DNA of 63,951 nt, filler included, from Choristocarpus tenellus KU-1152 (lineage: Eukaryota; Protista; Phaeophyceae): NCBI GenBank assembly GCA_964200185.2. It is 12 parts of 12 records of this genome, joined end to end, with 100 filler letters (N's around TTAATTAATTAA, not from the genome) between each part and the next. Parts side by side here need not be neighbours in the genome. Positions count along the whole stretch, not along the records: positions 61,294 to 63,951 come from CAXNAD020025894.1; 11 more parts are not named here. One strand, 5' to 3'. The notes under the pieces were generated by a model. It worked only from the letters and a program-made list of their open reading frames with translations. It had not been told where the DNA came from and searched no databases. Shown piece after piece: positions 62,200 to 63,951 of this stretch; position 1 is the first letter of the stretch; each line of letters begins with the position of its first letter. The position numbers and the translations under genes are program-made.

Positions 62200-63500
62200 A
62201 TCCATCACCATTTTATCAGTCACAGAAAAAGCCTCCATGTCTACCTTCGGCATGTTTTCAAGCTCACCAGACAACTGCCTCTTCCTTACCCCTATGTGCT
62301 CCACATTGAAGCTATTCCCCCCATTGTATCTAAGTACTTGATTGTACACCACAAAAAGGAGCTGCCAAGCCCTCTCAAGTGTGGTTTCATCATAGTCCTC
62401 CCCATACTGTTTCTTAATGACACTATCTCCTTGATGGACCCAAACCGCTCACCCATCACCCAGCATTTCAAACACCTGAAGAAGCACAGGTATTGAGGTT
62501 GGGGGAGTTAGATGGCTGCGTCACAAGCCTAATCCACCACCCCCCAGTCTTCCCTGCCCCTGACAAGATTTCTGAGTTGCCCTCGCCCGCATGGGGAGTG
62601 GCACCGTCTTGCTGAACGACAACGTGCTTCCCCTGCAACCAAGGCATCTTGGTCTTGATTGTAGGCAGTAACTCTTCCGTGTACCACTTCCTGTACAAAA
62701 AAATGGTCTAAAGTACAGTCCTGCTTATGCACATCCCCCTTTTTATGGTTCTGGCTTGTCCTGTCTGCTGTTTCTGGCGCGCACACACGCCAAACACCAA
62801 ACCTTCCATCAAAGCTGTGAGTCAAATCTGGGCGGGTGTTGACTGCAATGATCATGGTCTGGGAGGTATGACTCTTGTGCTGCACAATAGGGGACCCTGG
62901 AAGGTCGCTATCATCCTCATGCGGAAATGCCCTGAACCTTTCCCCATCAACCATCACGTAAAACCAGGTTTGATTCACATGGATCGTGTTCGCCATGGAG
63001 GCGTACACACCACGTTTCCGGTCCACTTGATTGCAAACAAAGTCCATTCTCCATCCCTTTTGCCACGACTTAAGCTTGAGTTTGATCCAGTGGCAATTTG
63101 GCATGGCCCCCACATCATCCAACTACCTGTATATGGTGCTTGTGCTATAATTCAGCCCCTTAGCGACCATCTTCATTGTCACCTCACGCACTGTGGATGA
63201 CCGATTATCAGAGTTGATACTAAAGTATTGCGATCATCTTGGTCGGTGTGAGCTCCAAAGGCCACCCACTACGTGTCACTACCCCTAGGTCAAGCATGAG
63301 GCCACGGGCGAGCTGATTGGTGACATCTTCCCAGAGCCCTTGCATTTAGCGCTCAAACACTTCAAACTCCACTACAAGGGCCAGCCTAATGTGTCACGGC
63401 AGTTTATGCTCACCAGGGACCATCGCGAGGGTGTGCCGCACTGCAATCGCCACCCTGGTATCCAGGGTCACTTGGGCACCCTTCCTACACGGGGGGCGCA
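62200..63500 (-). mobile_element. Decayed Tc1/mariner transposase of the DD39D (plant-mariner-like) type
   Basis: IHVNQTWFY (HIDEKWFY-like), AVNTRP, FDGRFGVW, VVQQDGATPH, QPSNSPNLN, LCFF, NGGNSFNVEH; N-terminal HTH-like STVRE...STSTIYR; stops and frameshifts. Confidence 0.88.
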
Positions 63501-63951
63501 ATTGGGGGGTTGCCATGCCGATGTTCTGACCCTCGACGTGCCTAGTTCTGGCCTCAAAATCACCTCAAAAGACCCCTACTTTGACGGTTTGAAGCACCTT
63601 GAGTTTGTACCTGATGATCATCTACCTCCACCTTTTCTGAATGCTGAGATTGTCAACCCGAATTCATCCTGTGGGGTTATCATCCGATTCGGCGCTGTTC
63701 TCGCTCAGCGAGCCCAGATATTTCGCAGCACAAACTTTTGGCACAGAGGTAGTACGACAAGAATGTATCGCATTGCTCTGATGAATTGCTGTATACTACC
63801 AGCCACCTCTCTCAGAAGTTGGTAGACGTTCTTGTTGTGAGAGGTGCTGTAAAGCAAAGAAAGTGACTGGTGAAATAAATGCGACCAAATGTGGAAAGCA
63901 TGTTTGTCTGTTATTATACCGTATTGCTCGTATGCCATATACTGTTATACC

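Noticed and set aside
63340-63825. 161-aa plus-strand ORF as a separate gene
   Set aside because: Overlaps the antisense of the mariner N-terminal region and has no recognisable motifs.

Overview
Repeat-rich, intron-rich eukaryotic DNA, most consistent with a stramenopile such as a brown alga (inferred from the GT-AG intron-rich genes, TTAGGG tracts and transposon types). The window is 12 contigs joined by 11 identical 100-nt spacers (N44-TTAATTAATTAA-N44), so adjacency across spacers cannot be trusted. Genes rebuilt by hand from splice phases: 7 exons of mitochondrial-type aconitase; tRNA-Lys(CTT); a PDZ + multi-IQ + zinc-ribbon protein; the C-terminal ubiquitin-fold domain of a UBA1-like E1 interrupted by a ~324-aa insert; a coiled-coil protein ending in a USP Cys-box; and an FTR1-like iron-permease homologue whose two RExxE motifs are both degenerate, lying head-to-head (~800 bp) with a secreted SBBP-type beta-propeller gene. 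That pair is the best candidate for an undescribed system. Mobile DNA: at least 16 copies or fragments of related MITE families with G-N4-AAAGTATCT ends and 4-bp TSDs (Sola-like), RLE/CRE-type non-LTR 3' ends, Copia and Gypsy/chromovirus remnants, a decayed DD39D-type mariner transposase and a long-TIR Harbinger-like element. All homology calls come from motif recognition; no database search was run.
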